Below are positions 27,337-35,181 of a DNA stretch of 64,000 nucleotides, piece by piece. How positions within the stretch are numbered: position 1 is the first letter of the stretch; every line of letters starts with the position of its first letter. Source of the DNA: a bacterium (GTDB lineage: Bacteria; Patescibacteriota; Patescibacteriia; UBA10025); contig JAKAGM010000001.1 in the NCBI GenBank assembly GCA_021815445.1, positions 154,910-218,909 of the forward strand, given 5' to 3'. Below the pieces are notes generated by a model, which saw only the letters and a list, made by a program, of their open reading frames with translations, was not told the DNA's origin and did not search any database. Made by a program: the position numbers and the translations under genes.

Positions 27337-27738
27337 ATGCTTTTACGCAAGTGGCTGTGCGCGTCCTGCGGTATTCTTATCGGATCGCTGGTATATAACG
27401 GCGTTGGAGTACTATGCTGGTTCTTTGGCCAAGGTTCTGCCGGCGCCGTAGTGCAGATTGTCGTTCTTGCCGCCATGACCCTGGTGGGAGTGTACTTTCT
27501 CAAAAGGGTTCAGCCCATGATGTTTTTCGATGAGTTATTCTGGACCATGGTGTGGTTCGGGCCTGCAGTCTTCGCGCTTATCTGGTTGGCGGCCGGGCCG
27601 CTGCTTACCGTGAGCACTGCAGAATCTTGGCTGCTGAGCGCGGCCAAATTCATCGCCAGGATGGTAGTCATTCCGTTGGTTGGAGGGGGAGCTACGGTCA
27701 TAGCGGTTCGTAATACAAAGCTCATCAGCGATAGATAA
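27337..27738 (+). CDS. hypothetical polytopic membrane protein (4 predicted TM helices)
   Basis: Start at ATG 27337 preceded by GGGAGGAG. Hydrophobic segments throughout. Confidence 0.45.
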   Translation: MLLRKWLCASCGILIGSLVYNGVGVLCWFFGQGSAGAVVQIVVLAAMTLVGVYFLKRVQPMMFFDELFWTMVWFGPAVFALIWLAAGPLLTVSTAESWLLSAAKFIARMVVIPLVGGGATVIAVRNTKLISDR

Positions 27739-27890
27739 GTATTCCGCCGGTTCATATTTGAACAGGGCGGTTTTTTCTTACCTTGACGCGGTAAAGGTCA
27801 AACCGTAGTATTCAGGCAACAGCCAGGGCTATGTACGGCTTCTCCGTTAAGTGCGATATATATACTATACGCGTGGTATTCCGTCATTAT

Positions 27891-29036
27891 ATGACTTCGA
27901 ACTTCGATCAATATACGCATAGTCATCGACGTACCTGGAGGTGGGTTAAATACATTGTGTTCGGCTTTTTGGGGATTATTGTTGCCGGAATACTTTTTAT
28001 CAAACTGGATACGGCAGGTTCGGCCAACTTTACCGACAATGTTCTGCGGCCGATTTTTGGCCCTCGCATTGTCGTAGGTGTCGAGAAGATTTTTTTTAAT
28101 TTGTCGGATACAACGCAGCAGCTCCACTCAAAATTTTCAGAGCCCACCAGCCCGCTTCTCGGCAACGACACAATAATTAAGCAAGGCTCCGGAGGGGCGC
28201 TTGATCTTACGCCGATACCTGTGTCGTCAAATTTCACGTCTGTCGCTCATGAGGGCTTCTGGCGCGATAAACCTCTCAGCCTTTTTCCCGGAGAGCATGT
28301 TGCCGCCTATACGGTTGTCAGGCCTGATCCCGACCGTTCGTTTGCTTTTACGACCTTGATTCAAATCGACATGACCCGTGTAAGACTTGGAGTTGTAGCA
28401 GGAACTCAACAACCCGGCGGACCAGTCGGCAAACCCGGTCCCGGGATTATTCCGCCTGATATCGTCAAAAGCGACAAACTCGTAGCCGCATTTGACGGGG
28501 GATTCCAGTACCGTGACGGAGCATATGGCATGATTGTCGGTTCTACCACATATTTGCCCCTCAAAAATGATTTGGGAACTGTCGTCGGGTTCAACGATGG
28601 CTCTGTTGATATTATCAACTACACAGGTCAGACGTTGGGAGACAATGTGGCTTTTGTGAGGCAAAACTGCCCGATTCTTATCAATAACGGCGTCATCGGA
28701 ATAACGGATCCGAATAATAAAGCGCTTTGGGGACGCACGTTCTCCTCGGGGATGTATACGTGGCGGACAGGGATGGGGCTGACGAGGGAGGGAAACCTCG
28801 TTTTCGCCGTGGGCAACAATCTGATACCCGAAACGCTGGCCCAAGCGCTGCGCATGGCCGGGGCCGTGAATGCAATCCAGCTTGATATTAATCCGAACTG
28901 GGTGCGTTTTAACTTTTTTGAACCCAAAGGGGGAGGTGCGTACGCATCAACAACGCTCACGAAGGATTTGAAGGACGGATCCGCGGAATATCTCAATGGC
29001 GACAAGAAAGATTTTTTTTATCTTTATAAAAAATAA
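27891..29036 (+). CDS. hypothetical membrane-anchored extracytoplasmic protein (possibly phosphodiester-glycosidase-like)
   Basis: Start at MTSNFDQY, with a TATACT -10 23 nt upstream. One TM helix (YIVFGFLGIIVAGILFI), then a large Gly/Asn-rich domain. The family call is tentative. Confidence 0.4.
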   Translation: MTSNFDQYTHSHRRTWRWVKYIVFGFLGIIVAGILFIKLDTAGSANFTDNVLRPIFGPRIVVGVEKIFFNLSDTTQQLHSKFSEPTSPLLGNDTIIKQGSGGALDLTPIPVSSNFTSVAHEGFWRDKPLSLFPGEHVAAYTVVRPDPDRSFAFTTLIQIDMTRVRLGVVAGTQQPGGPVGKPGPGIIPPDIVKSDKLVAAFDGGFQYRDGAYGMIVGSTTYLPLKNDLGTVVGFNDGSVDIINYTGQTLGDNVAFVRQNCPILINNGVIGITDPNNKALWGRTFSSGMYTWRTGMGLTREGNLVFAVGNNLIPETLAQALRMAGAVNAIQLDINPNWVRFNFFEPKGGGAYASTTLTKDLKDGSAEYLNGDKKDFFYLYKK

Positions 29037-29083
29037 GTGCCCAGATAGTTTTTGTAGACACAATAAATAATGAGGATGCTCTG

Positions 29084-29713
29084 ATGGACGCGTACGTACA
29101 ATTTAAATGGAAATACAACCTCATCCGTCTTGGTTTTTTAGGATGGATGGTTTTTGAACTCCTCAACTGGGTAAAGATTTTACATTTTTCTCTTGATTTT
29201 TCATGGGCGGGATTACTGCTCACTGTCAGCTGGATTTGGGGAAGCATTGAATTCGCGTCATGGAAGCTCAGAAAATCAGGAATGGAGTCTTTGCCATGGG
29301 CAGCGTACCTCATAGGATTGGTCGGTACAAGCTGGGACGCATTTGGCGATGTAGCCCACCTATATTCGAGTGTGATGTATTATGACAAATATGCTCATTT
29401 TTTCGGCGGAGGTTCTGCTGCCATCGTGAGTTTATTTATTTTGTGGCGCTTGGTGCAAGGAGGAAAAATACTTCTCGATCCGCGGATGATGGGATTCTTT
29501 GCAATTTGTATGGCCAATTTTCTCGGGATCCTGTATGAACTTGAAGAGTATTCAGAATCTTACTTTTTTCATAACAATAGAATGGGGGACGCGTTCGATA
29601 CATCCACCGATGTGATAAATAATTTCCTGGGCGCTGCGGTAATGGTGGTAATAGCACTCATAGTACTCAGGAAAAAAAAGAATTCGGAGAGCGCTCATCT
29701 GACTGCCGTATAA
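29084..29713 (+). CDS. hypothetical membrane protein, tandem paralog A
   Basis: Shares with the next gene the pattern NLIRLGFL...SWxWGSxEFxSxKLxKSG...AxYLIGLxG...YDxxxHFFGGxxAA. Confidence 0.5.
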   Translation: MDAYVQFKWKYNLIRLGFLGWMVFELLNWVKILHFSLDFSWAGLLLTVSWIWGSIEFASWKLRKSGMESLPWAAYLIGLVGTSWDAFGDVAHLYSSVMYYDKYAHFFGGGSAAIVSLFILWRLVQGGKILLDPRMMGFFAICMANFLGILYELEEYSESYFFHNNRMGDAFDTSTDVINNFLGAAVMVVIALIVLRKKKNSESAHLTAV

Positions 29714-29716
29714 TTT

Positions 29717-30394
29717 ATGTTACGGAATGTGTTCATCAATATCATCCGTCTCGGTTTCCTGGTCTTGGTATCTTTCGAGGTGCTTGGCCTCACACGCATT
29801 GTTCAAGTTGATAGTCCCTACTCCTGGCTTGGATTTATAATCACCGGTTGTTTTATCTGGCTTTCTCTGGAGATTGTTTCTTCTCGCCTAAAAAAGTCAG
29901 GCTTGGAGCAGCTGTCACCTGCGATGTATCTCATCGGTCTCATTGGCAGCTACTTAAATCTTTTTGGCATTTTGACAGGGCTTTTTACGCGCTATGGCTG
30001 GTATGACCAGGTCATCCACGGCTTTGGGGGCGCCGCCGCGGCATTGGTTTTTTGCTCCGTTTTCTCTAAACTGCAAATTGCGCGGAAGATATCCGTCGGT
30101 CCGCGTCTTCTCGGCTTTTTCACATTTTGCTCGACTATGCTGCTAAGTTCTCTCTATACGACCGAAGAGTTCCTCGAAACAAAGATTTTTCATGACGGAC
30201 GCATGGGCTCAGGGATTATAGGAGGATTTCACGCCGATAATCATTTTCTATGGAATGCCATTGGGGCTGCTCTCGTTGCGTTTGTTTCAGCTGTTGTCAT
30301 AAGAAGGCGTGAAAATTCGCTTTCCTACTCCAAAAAGTCTCTTTCTCTGCGCCGGGGCTCTTCTCAACTGACGAGAGATCCGGTCAAATCCTGA
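29717..30394 (+). CDS. hypothetical membrane protein, tandem paralog B
   Basis: Paralogous to 29084-29713 (NIIRLGFLVLVSFEV...AMYLIGLIGSYLNLFG...YDQVIHGFGGAAAALV). Starts 3 nt after the previous stop. Confidence 0.5.
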   Translation: MLRNVFINIIRLGFLVLVSFEVLGLTRIVQVDSPYSWLGFIITGCFIWLSLEIVSSRLKKSGLEQLSPAMYLIGLIGSYLNLFGILTGLFTRYGWYDQVIHGFGGAAAALVFCSVFSKLQIARKISVGPRLLGFFTFCSTMLLSSLYTTEEFLETKIFHDGRMGSGIIGGFHADNHFLWNAIGAALVAFVSAVVIRRRENSLSYSKKSLSLRRGSSQLTRDPVKS

Positions 30395-30554
30395 CCGTAT
30401 CAGGTAAATATTACCCCGCAGGCATCTTGAAATTTTTTCAAACTTATTTGGTAGTATTGCGCTTTTCTTGATACCACCTTATACTATAAGGGTGTTGATA
30501 AGTCGACACTTTCGAAATCTGCATACATCTTTGATCGAAAAGGAGGTGATTCGA

Positions 30555-30623
30555 ATGGCAAAAAAGAAAGCGAAGAAACGGAAGGTTGCAAAACGGAAGA
30601 CTGCAAAGAAACGCAGGAGATAA
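30555..30623 (+). CDS. 22-aa polybasic micro-protein MAKKKAKKRKVAKRKTAKKRRR (bS22/ribosome-associated-like or nucleic-acid-binding peptide)
   Basis: Strong RBS AAAGGAGGTGA 7 nt upstream of the ATG. Followed 18 nt later by a canonical terminator. Below ORF-track cutoff. Confidence 0.45.
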   Translation: MAKKKAKKRKVAKRKTAKKRRR

Positions 30624-30640
30624 ATAATATTTACAGCAGG

Positions 30641-30677
30641 AGCTCCTCCATGTTTTTATGGGGAGCTTTTGTTTTTT
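30641..30677 (+). terminator. rho-independent terminator after the micro-ORF
   Basis: AGCTCCTCCAT-gttttt-ATGGGGAGCT followed by tttgtttttt. Confidence 0.6.
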
Positions 30678-30704
30678 GACGGGGCGTGAGTCGCATTCTA
30701 TACT
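30676..30704 (+). promoter_or_regulatory. sigma70-like promoter TTGACG-17-TATACT for the DMT transporter gene
   Basis: ttgacggggcgtgagtcgcattctatact. Confidence 0.5.
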
Positions 30705-30737
30705 GACTTCAGTGTGCAGGGATATTGTATTCACCAT

Positions 30738-31661
30738 ATGAACAGACAAACCTATCTTGGCATCAGTTTGGCGCTCGGTACGGCGGTTATTTCCGGCGCA
30801 TCGAATTTTATTGCGAAGATTGGAGTTACCGTCGTGAATAATGGCGTTGTGTTTACCGCACTTAAAAATTCTCTTGTCGCCGGTGCGCTCATCGGCATTA
30901 TCCTGCTCCTGAAACGCCTGCCAGAGCTCAGGAAGCTTTCTCACAAAGACTGGGCGAAACTGGCCGCAATCGGCGTTGTCGGAGGCGGAGTTCCGTTCGT
31001 TCTATTTTTTACGGGATTGACGCATACGACAGCTCTAACTGCAGGGGTTATTCATAAAACACTGTTTTTTTGGGTAGCGTTGCTTGCCGCTCGTTTTTTG
31101 AAAGAGCGGATTGGCCGGGCCCAGACGGTTGCATTCTTTTTTCTCATTGGCGGTAATTTCGTACTCGGCGGTCTTCGGGGATTGACGTTCGGAGCAGGCG
31201 AGCGGATGATTTTGGCGGCGACAATATTTTGGGCGATTGAAAATGTCATTGCAAAACGTGCGCTTAATAACATTCCCAGTCTTGTTGTCGCCGGAGCGCG
31301 GATGACATTCGGGTCCGTCATACTGTTTGCCGTCGTGGGGCTCCAGGGAAATTTCCATCTCATCGGATCATTGGATGCTCGGCAATGGCTGTGGACGCTT
31401 ATTCCGTCCGCGCTGTTGCTTGGGTACGTACTTACCTGGTACTCGGCGCTCAGACGCCTGTCCGCCACTTTTGCAACGTGCCTGTTGGTGCCGGCAACAT
31501 TTGTGACTGGTTTACTATCGCAGGTATTTCTCGACAAGTCTCTTACCGCGAACGACTTAATGAGCGGTGCGGTTGTCCTCGCCGCATGCGGAGTCCTTAT
31601 GTATGGCGCTTATCATTCGACGAAATATGCAGTCCCAAGCTCGCAGCGCGCGGATGCTTGA
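30738..31661 (+). CDS. DMT superfamily (EamA-like) permease
   Basis: Ten predicted TM helices in two EamA-like halves. Start at MNRQTYLGISL. Confidence 0.7.
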   Translation: MNRQTYLGISLALGTAVISGASNFIAKIGVTVVNNGVVFTALKNSLVAGALIGIILLLKRLPELRKLSHKDWAKLAAIGVVGGGVPFVLFFTGLTHTTALTAGVIHKTLFFWVALLAARFLKERIGRAQTVAFFFLIGGNFVLGGLRGLTFGAGERMILAATIFWAIENVIAKRALNNIPSLVVAGARMTFGSVILFAVVGLQGNFHLIGSLDARQWLWTLIPSALLLGYVLTWYSALRRLSATFATCLLVPATFVTGLLSQVFLDKSLTANDLMSGAVVLAACGVLMYGAYHSTKYAVPSSQRADA

Positions 31662-32388
31662 CGGCGTCGCTCGCTGTAGCCGATACGCATTTGGGCCGAA
31701 TAAACTGAGAATGTGCGGACCTGATGCAAATCGGGAACTTTCCGCGTATATGCGGGAGGAAGTGAGCGATGACGGGCTCACCCACATCCTGTCCCAGTTC
31801 AAAACGCTGTATCCATACCTGCGGTCAATAGCTGAGGCGAACCGCATCCGTGACCCCTTCGATCCGCGTGTCGTCGAGGCGTATTGGATTGGCAACGAAC
31901 TTCTCGAATCAATTACGCAAAAAACATTTTACACGCACCTGACGGACGCGCTTCATCTCAAGAATAAGACTTCAACCCGGGATTTCGATGAACTCGCGCA
32001 GAAACTTCCTCAGGGTGCGCGCATGCACCACTCGTTCCATGTTTTTAACGTGTATAAGCGTACCGGCAACCTCGAAATCCTCCATTCTCTCGAGAGCATG
32101 GACGCGTGCAGGATCAGCTGGGGACATGTTACGCGCGTTGACGGCCCGCGGGTGTTTATCGACAGGAAACCCCTTATGCTTGACGGCCACAGGTTATTCC
32201 TCGGAAAGTGCGAAGAGTACGAAATAAAGCGACAGTTAGATGTTGATGATATTCTTGATGAGGTCGAGGTTGGCGATTGGATAACGCTCCACTGGTACCG
32301 TCCGTGCGAGATTGTGTCAGCGCAGCATATACGCTGGCTTGAGCTCTATACGCAAAAGCACATTGCTCTTGCGAACCAGACGCTATAA
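31654..32388 (+). CDS. hypothetical conserved protein (244 aa), translationally coupled to the DMT permease and followed by the hydrogenase maturation protease
   Basis: ATGCTTGA start/stop overlap with the upstream gene. Cys-containing N-terminus (ARCSRYAFGPNKLRMCGPD). No recognisable family. Confidence 0.45.
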   Translation: MLDGVARCSRYAFGPNKLRMCGPDANRELSAYMREEVSDDGLTHILSQFKTLYPYLRSIAEANRIRDPFDPRVVEAYWIGNELLESITQKTFYTHLTDALHLKNKTSTRDFDELAQKLPQGARMHHSFHVFNVYKRTGNLEILHSLESMDACRISWGHVTRVDGPRVFIDRKPLMLDGHRLFLGKCEEYEIKRQLDVDDILDEVEVGDWITLHWYRPCEIVSAQHIRWLELYTQKHIALANQTL

Positions 32389-32392
32389 GGAT

Positions 32393-32770
32393 ATGGAAGT
32401 GTGGATTTTCGGCAACCCTGACCTTCCTGAGGACTCGCTCCCGATACGGCTTCACTCAGAACTCATGAAACGCTTCCCTGCGCTGAGTTTTCGAATTCTC
32501 GATCCCTTGGATGAGTGGCAAATTCCAGACAAACTTGAGATGATAGATACGGTCCGGGGCATCGACCATGTTCGCGCTTTCACATCGCTCGATGAATTCG
32601 AAGGTTCGCCTCACGTGACCATGCACGATTTCGACCTCGGGATGCAGCTTCGTTTTTTGGCAAAACTCAAAAAACTTCCTCCGTTCATAATGTACGGGGT
32701 GCCCGATACTTTTTCAGTCGGCCAAGCGCTTCGCGAACTTACGCCGATGCTCGATCAACGCGCAAGGTAA
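32393..32770 (+). CDS. hydrogenase maturation endopeptidase (HycI/HoxW/FrhD-like)
   Basis: 126 aa. N-terminal MEVWIFGNPDLPEDSLP resembles the GNxxxGDDGxG motif region. Conserved Asp/His candidates are present (DTVRGIDHV, HVTMHDFDLG). Consistent with the C-terminal extension on the adjacent large subunit. Confidence 0.55.
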   Translation: MEVWIFGNPDLPEDSLPIRLHSELMKRFPALSFRILDPLDEWQIPDKLEMIDTVRGIDHVRAFTSLDEFEGSPHVTMHDFDLGMQLRFLAKLKKLPPFIMYGVPDTFSVGQALRELTPMLDQRAR

Positions 32771-34043
32771 GGAAGTGTGACGCGCAACTCATGCAGGGAT
32801 CATATGCCCGTATGAGTTTTTCGAGCTCGAGCTGGAGCGTTTCCTCGGACGGGCCGGACGGGAGGAGCTCCTCGACGCGGCGAGCCATGTCCTGCTCGAT
32901 GTTAATCTGATTCTGGCCCGTCGGCACGACTATTTCGCCTTCAATGACGTTGCCGTCTTTGCCGATGGAAACTTTGTGATAGAGCGTACCGCGGGGAGCT
33001 TCGATCACTCCGATGCCGGTTCCCTCGGTTCGTGACGGCGCGACAATCTTTTCCGGTACAAACGTATAGTGCTCGAGGATATCGAGAGAATCATCGACGC
33101 AATGCAAGAGCTCGATAGCCTGGGCGAGGTTATTATGGAAAATGTTGGTCGAGGGAAAGCGATTGAGCGTCTGCGGGATACTCGCGCGGGTTTTTACGTG
33201 GAGTGTATCTTTTGCGAGATTGATGCGAGCGAGCGCGCCCACCATGAACGATTTCCCTTTAAAGGCGTACCCGGAAGCGTGTGAATAGGGGATAATGACA
33301 TGCTCAAGGTGGCTGCGGTAATCAGTTTCACGGATGAAATCGCCGGCATCACTTACAATATTCCCTTCGAGGTAATTGAACGGATTTGCGACAAGCGCCA
33401 TAAACTTAGTTTTTCTGTCAAACGCGTAATCGGATTTTTCGAACCGTTCAATTGTTCGGAGGACAGCGGGACGGATTTCACGAAGTTTGGCGACCGCTTG
33501 TTTGATCTCTTCTGGCTTTGGAATCTTAAAAAATCCGCCGATGGTCGGATTCACGGCATGTACGCTCCTTCCCGCTATGATGATTGAGAGGTAATTTCCC
33601 GCTGCCTTAATATCGAACGCATCGTGAAGTATCTGGTGCTGGACGGGATCGTTTTCGTCAAACTCCAGAAACGAATCTTTGCCGTACATGTCGGGCATGG
33701 CAAAAAGGTAAAGGTGGAGGGCGTGGTCGCGAATGTTCAACCCGTACATCGTCAGTTTCTTCATGATCTGTGATTGCGGCGACGGTGCAATACCCAGCGC
33801 ATGTTCACAAGCTTCGATGCTGCAAATGAGGTGGGCGTTTGAACAGGTGCCGCAAATGCGCGCAAGGAGAGTCGGAAGCATCCGGTATGGTTTGCCTCGC
33901 ATTGCCTGGGTGTAAAAACGTTTGAACTCAGTGATCCCGAATCTGCAGTGCTCAACCTTTCCTTTTGTAATTTTCACGTCGAGAGTGGCCGCGCCCTCGA
34001 CCTTGGTAATTTCTTTTGTCAGAGAGAGGTCTACCTGGTGCAT
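32739..34043 (-). CDS. [NiFe]-hydrogenase large subunit (group 3-like), with C-terminal extension after the terminal His
   Basis: L1 motif RICGTCSNAH (RxCGxCxxxH) and L5 motif DPCMSCASH (DPCxxCxxH), then the 11-residue tail FLTLRVDRASA. N-terminal VEGAATL lies where the usual R[IV]EGH block is expected. 434 aa. Confidence 0.85.
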   Translation of the reverse strand: MHQVDLSLTKEITKVEGAATLDVKITKGKVEHCRFGITEFKRFYTQAMRGKPYRMLPTLLARICGTCSNAHLICSIEACEHALGIAPSPQSQIMKKLTMYGLNIRDHALHLYLFAMPDMYGKDSFLEFDENDPVQHQILHDAFDIKAAGNYLSIIIAGRSVHAVNPTIGGFFKIPKPEEIKQAVAKLREIRPAVLRTIERFEKSDYAFDRKTKFMALVANPFNYLEGNIVSDAGDFIRETDYRSHLEHVIIPYSHASGYAFKGKSFMVGALARINLAKDTLHVKTRASIPQTLNRFPSTNIFHNNLAQAIELLHCVDDSLDILEHYTFVPEKIVAPSRTEGTGIGVIEAPRGTLYHKVSIGKDGNVIEGEIVVPTGQNQINIEQDMARRVEELLPSGPSEETLQLELEKLIRAYDPCMSCASHFLTLRVDRASA

Positions 34044-34048
34044 AGATA

Positions 34049-34564
34049 TTAAACAATATGAAATTCTTTCAACAGACCCGTGAGAACGCTCATGAAGGTG
34101 GCTTCATTCATCGGGCAGCCCGGCACGTTGATGTCGACGGTAATGACCTCGGAAAGTTTCTGTGCCTTCGGCAGGTACGCGAAACGTTCGAGAACGGGCT
34201 GTATTTCCTTAAGTCTCCCGGGATCAAACTGGTTTCGCTGCGTTGAGGGTAGTCCTATCACTGCACAGGCCCCGATAGCGACAACCTTGTGTGATTTTTT
34301 TCTGATCTCTTTCACCCGATCCACATGGTTTTTTGATGAAAGCGCGCCCTCAATAAATGCCACATCCAGCTCGTCCAGGATGTTATGCGACTGCAGGACC
34401 CTTGCGTGGCGAATGTCCAATACTCGTTTCCATTCCTGCCAATGTTCGTTCATCAGCTCGGTAAAAAGGATAGTACTGTCCTCGCAGCAGCTGAACGTAA
34501 ACCAGCCTATACGCAGTTTTTTTACTGATTTTCCACCTAATGAATTATTCGGCTGGTTATGCAT
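34049..34564 (-). CDS. [NiFe]-hydrogenase small subunit, minimal NuoB-like form (proximal [4Fe-4S] cluster only)
   Basis: 171 aa. Cysteines in FSCCEDS, AIGACAV and the GCP motif VDINVPGCPMNEAT. No medial or distal cluster cysteines. Confidence 0.8.
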   Translation of the reverse strand: MHNQPNNSLGGKSVKKLRIGWFTFSCCEDSTILFTELMNEHWQEWKRVLDIRHARVLQSHNILDELDVAFIEGALSSKNHVDRVKEIRKKSHKVVAIGACAVIGLPSTQRNQFDPGRLKEIQPVLERFAYLPKAQKLSEVITVDINVPGCPMNEATFMSVLTGLLKEFHIV

Positions 34565-34673
34565 AGATTGCGAACTCTACACAACAGTATAGCAAAAAAA
34601 ACTGTAGCAAACCACGATGTTTACAAAAGCACTCGAATCCAAAAAAGTACTCGCATTGATGGTTTTTTGAAGG

Positions 34674-34705
34674 CGGAATTGACCCGGAAGGCAAGATGTG
34701 CTAGA
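34674..34705 (+). promoter_or_regulatory. putative promoter TTGACC-17-TAGAGT with ATG 4 nt downstream (leaderless FtsB-like gene)
   Basis: ttgacccggaaggcaagatgtgctagagtatacATG. Confidence 0.35.
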
Positions 34706-34711
34706 GTATAC

Positions 34712-35149
34712 ATGAAACTTTTTAGTATTATGAAGCAGAGAATGAACCAGGAGGCGCTGGTGCGCCGGATGTTGAAGTCTCGCCTCGTCCTTGGTATAGA
34801 GGTGCTGTTGCTGGTTTTAATCAGCGTAGCGCTCGGTAAAGAAGTAGTGCAACGGTATACTGTCGACAGGCAAATCACCCAGCTTAAAAACGAGTATAGG
34901 GATCTCCAGAAGAATACTGTTGATTTGCAGAAGCTTATTTCCTATTTTCAAAGTGCGTCATTTCAAGAAGAACAAGCGCGCACTAAACTGGGACTGAAAA
35001 AACAGGGAGAGGAAGTCATCTTGCTGCCGAAGACAGAGAACCAGGCAGAAGTGACAAGCGACAGCGCCGAATCCGGCCTGGCCAGTCAGCAGACACTGGG
35101 TAATCCCCAACGCTGGTGGAATTTCTTCTTTACCCCAAAAACATCTTAA
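34712..35149 (+). CDS. septum formation initiator family protein (FtsB/DivIC-like)
   Basis: N-terminal TM helix and coiled coil. C-terminal ARTKLGLKKQGEEVILLP resembles the FtsB/DivIC motif. Confidence 0.55.
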   Translation: MKLFSIMKQRMNQEALVRRMLKSRLVLGIEVLLLVLISVALGKEVVQRYTVDRQITQLKNEYRDLQKNTVDLQKLISYFQSASFQEEQARTKLGLKKQGEEVILLPKTENQAEVTSDSAESGLASQQTLGNPQRWWNFFFTPKTS

Positions 35150-35181
35150 CCTTATTTAATTTGACTAGTTTATACCATACT

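Noticed and set aside
28227-29005. Minus-strand ORFs of 205 and 125 aa
   Set aside because: They are antisense to the 27891-29036 gene and have no signals.
34559-34711. Upstream extension of the FtsB-like ORF
   Set aside because: It would overlap the hydrogenase small-subunit start and its promoter. The internal ATG with a promoter directly upstream fits better.
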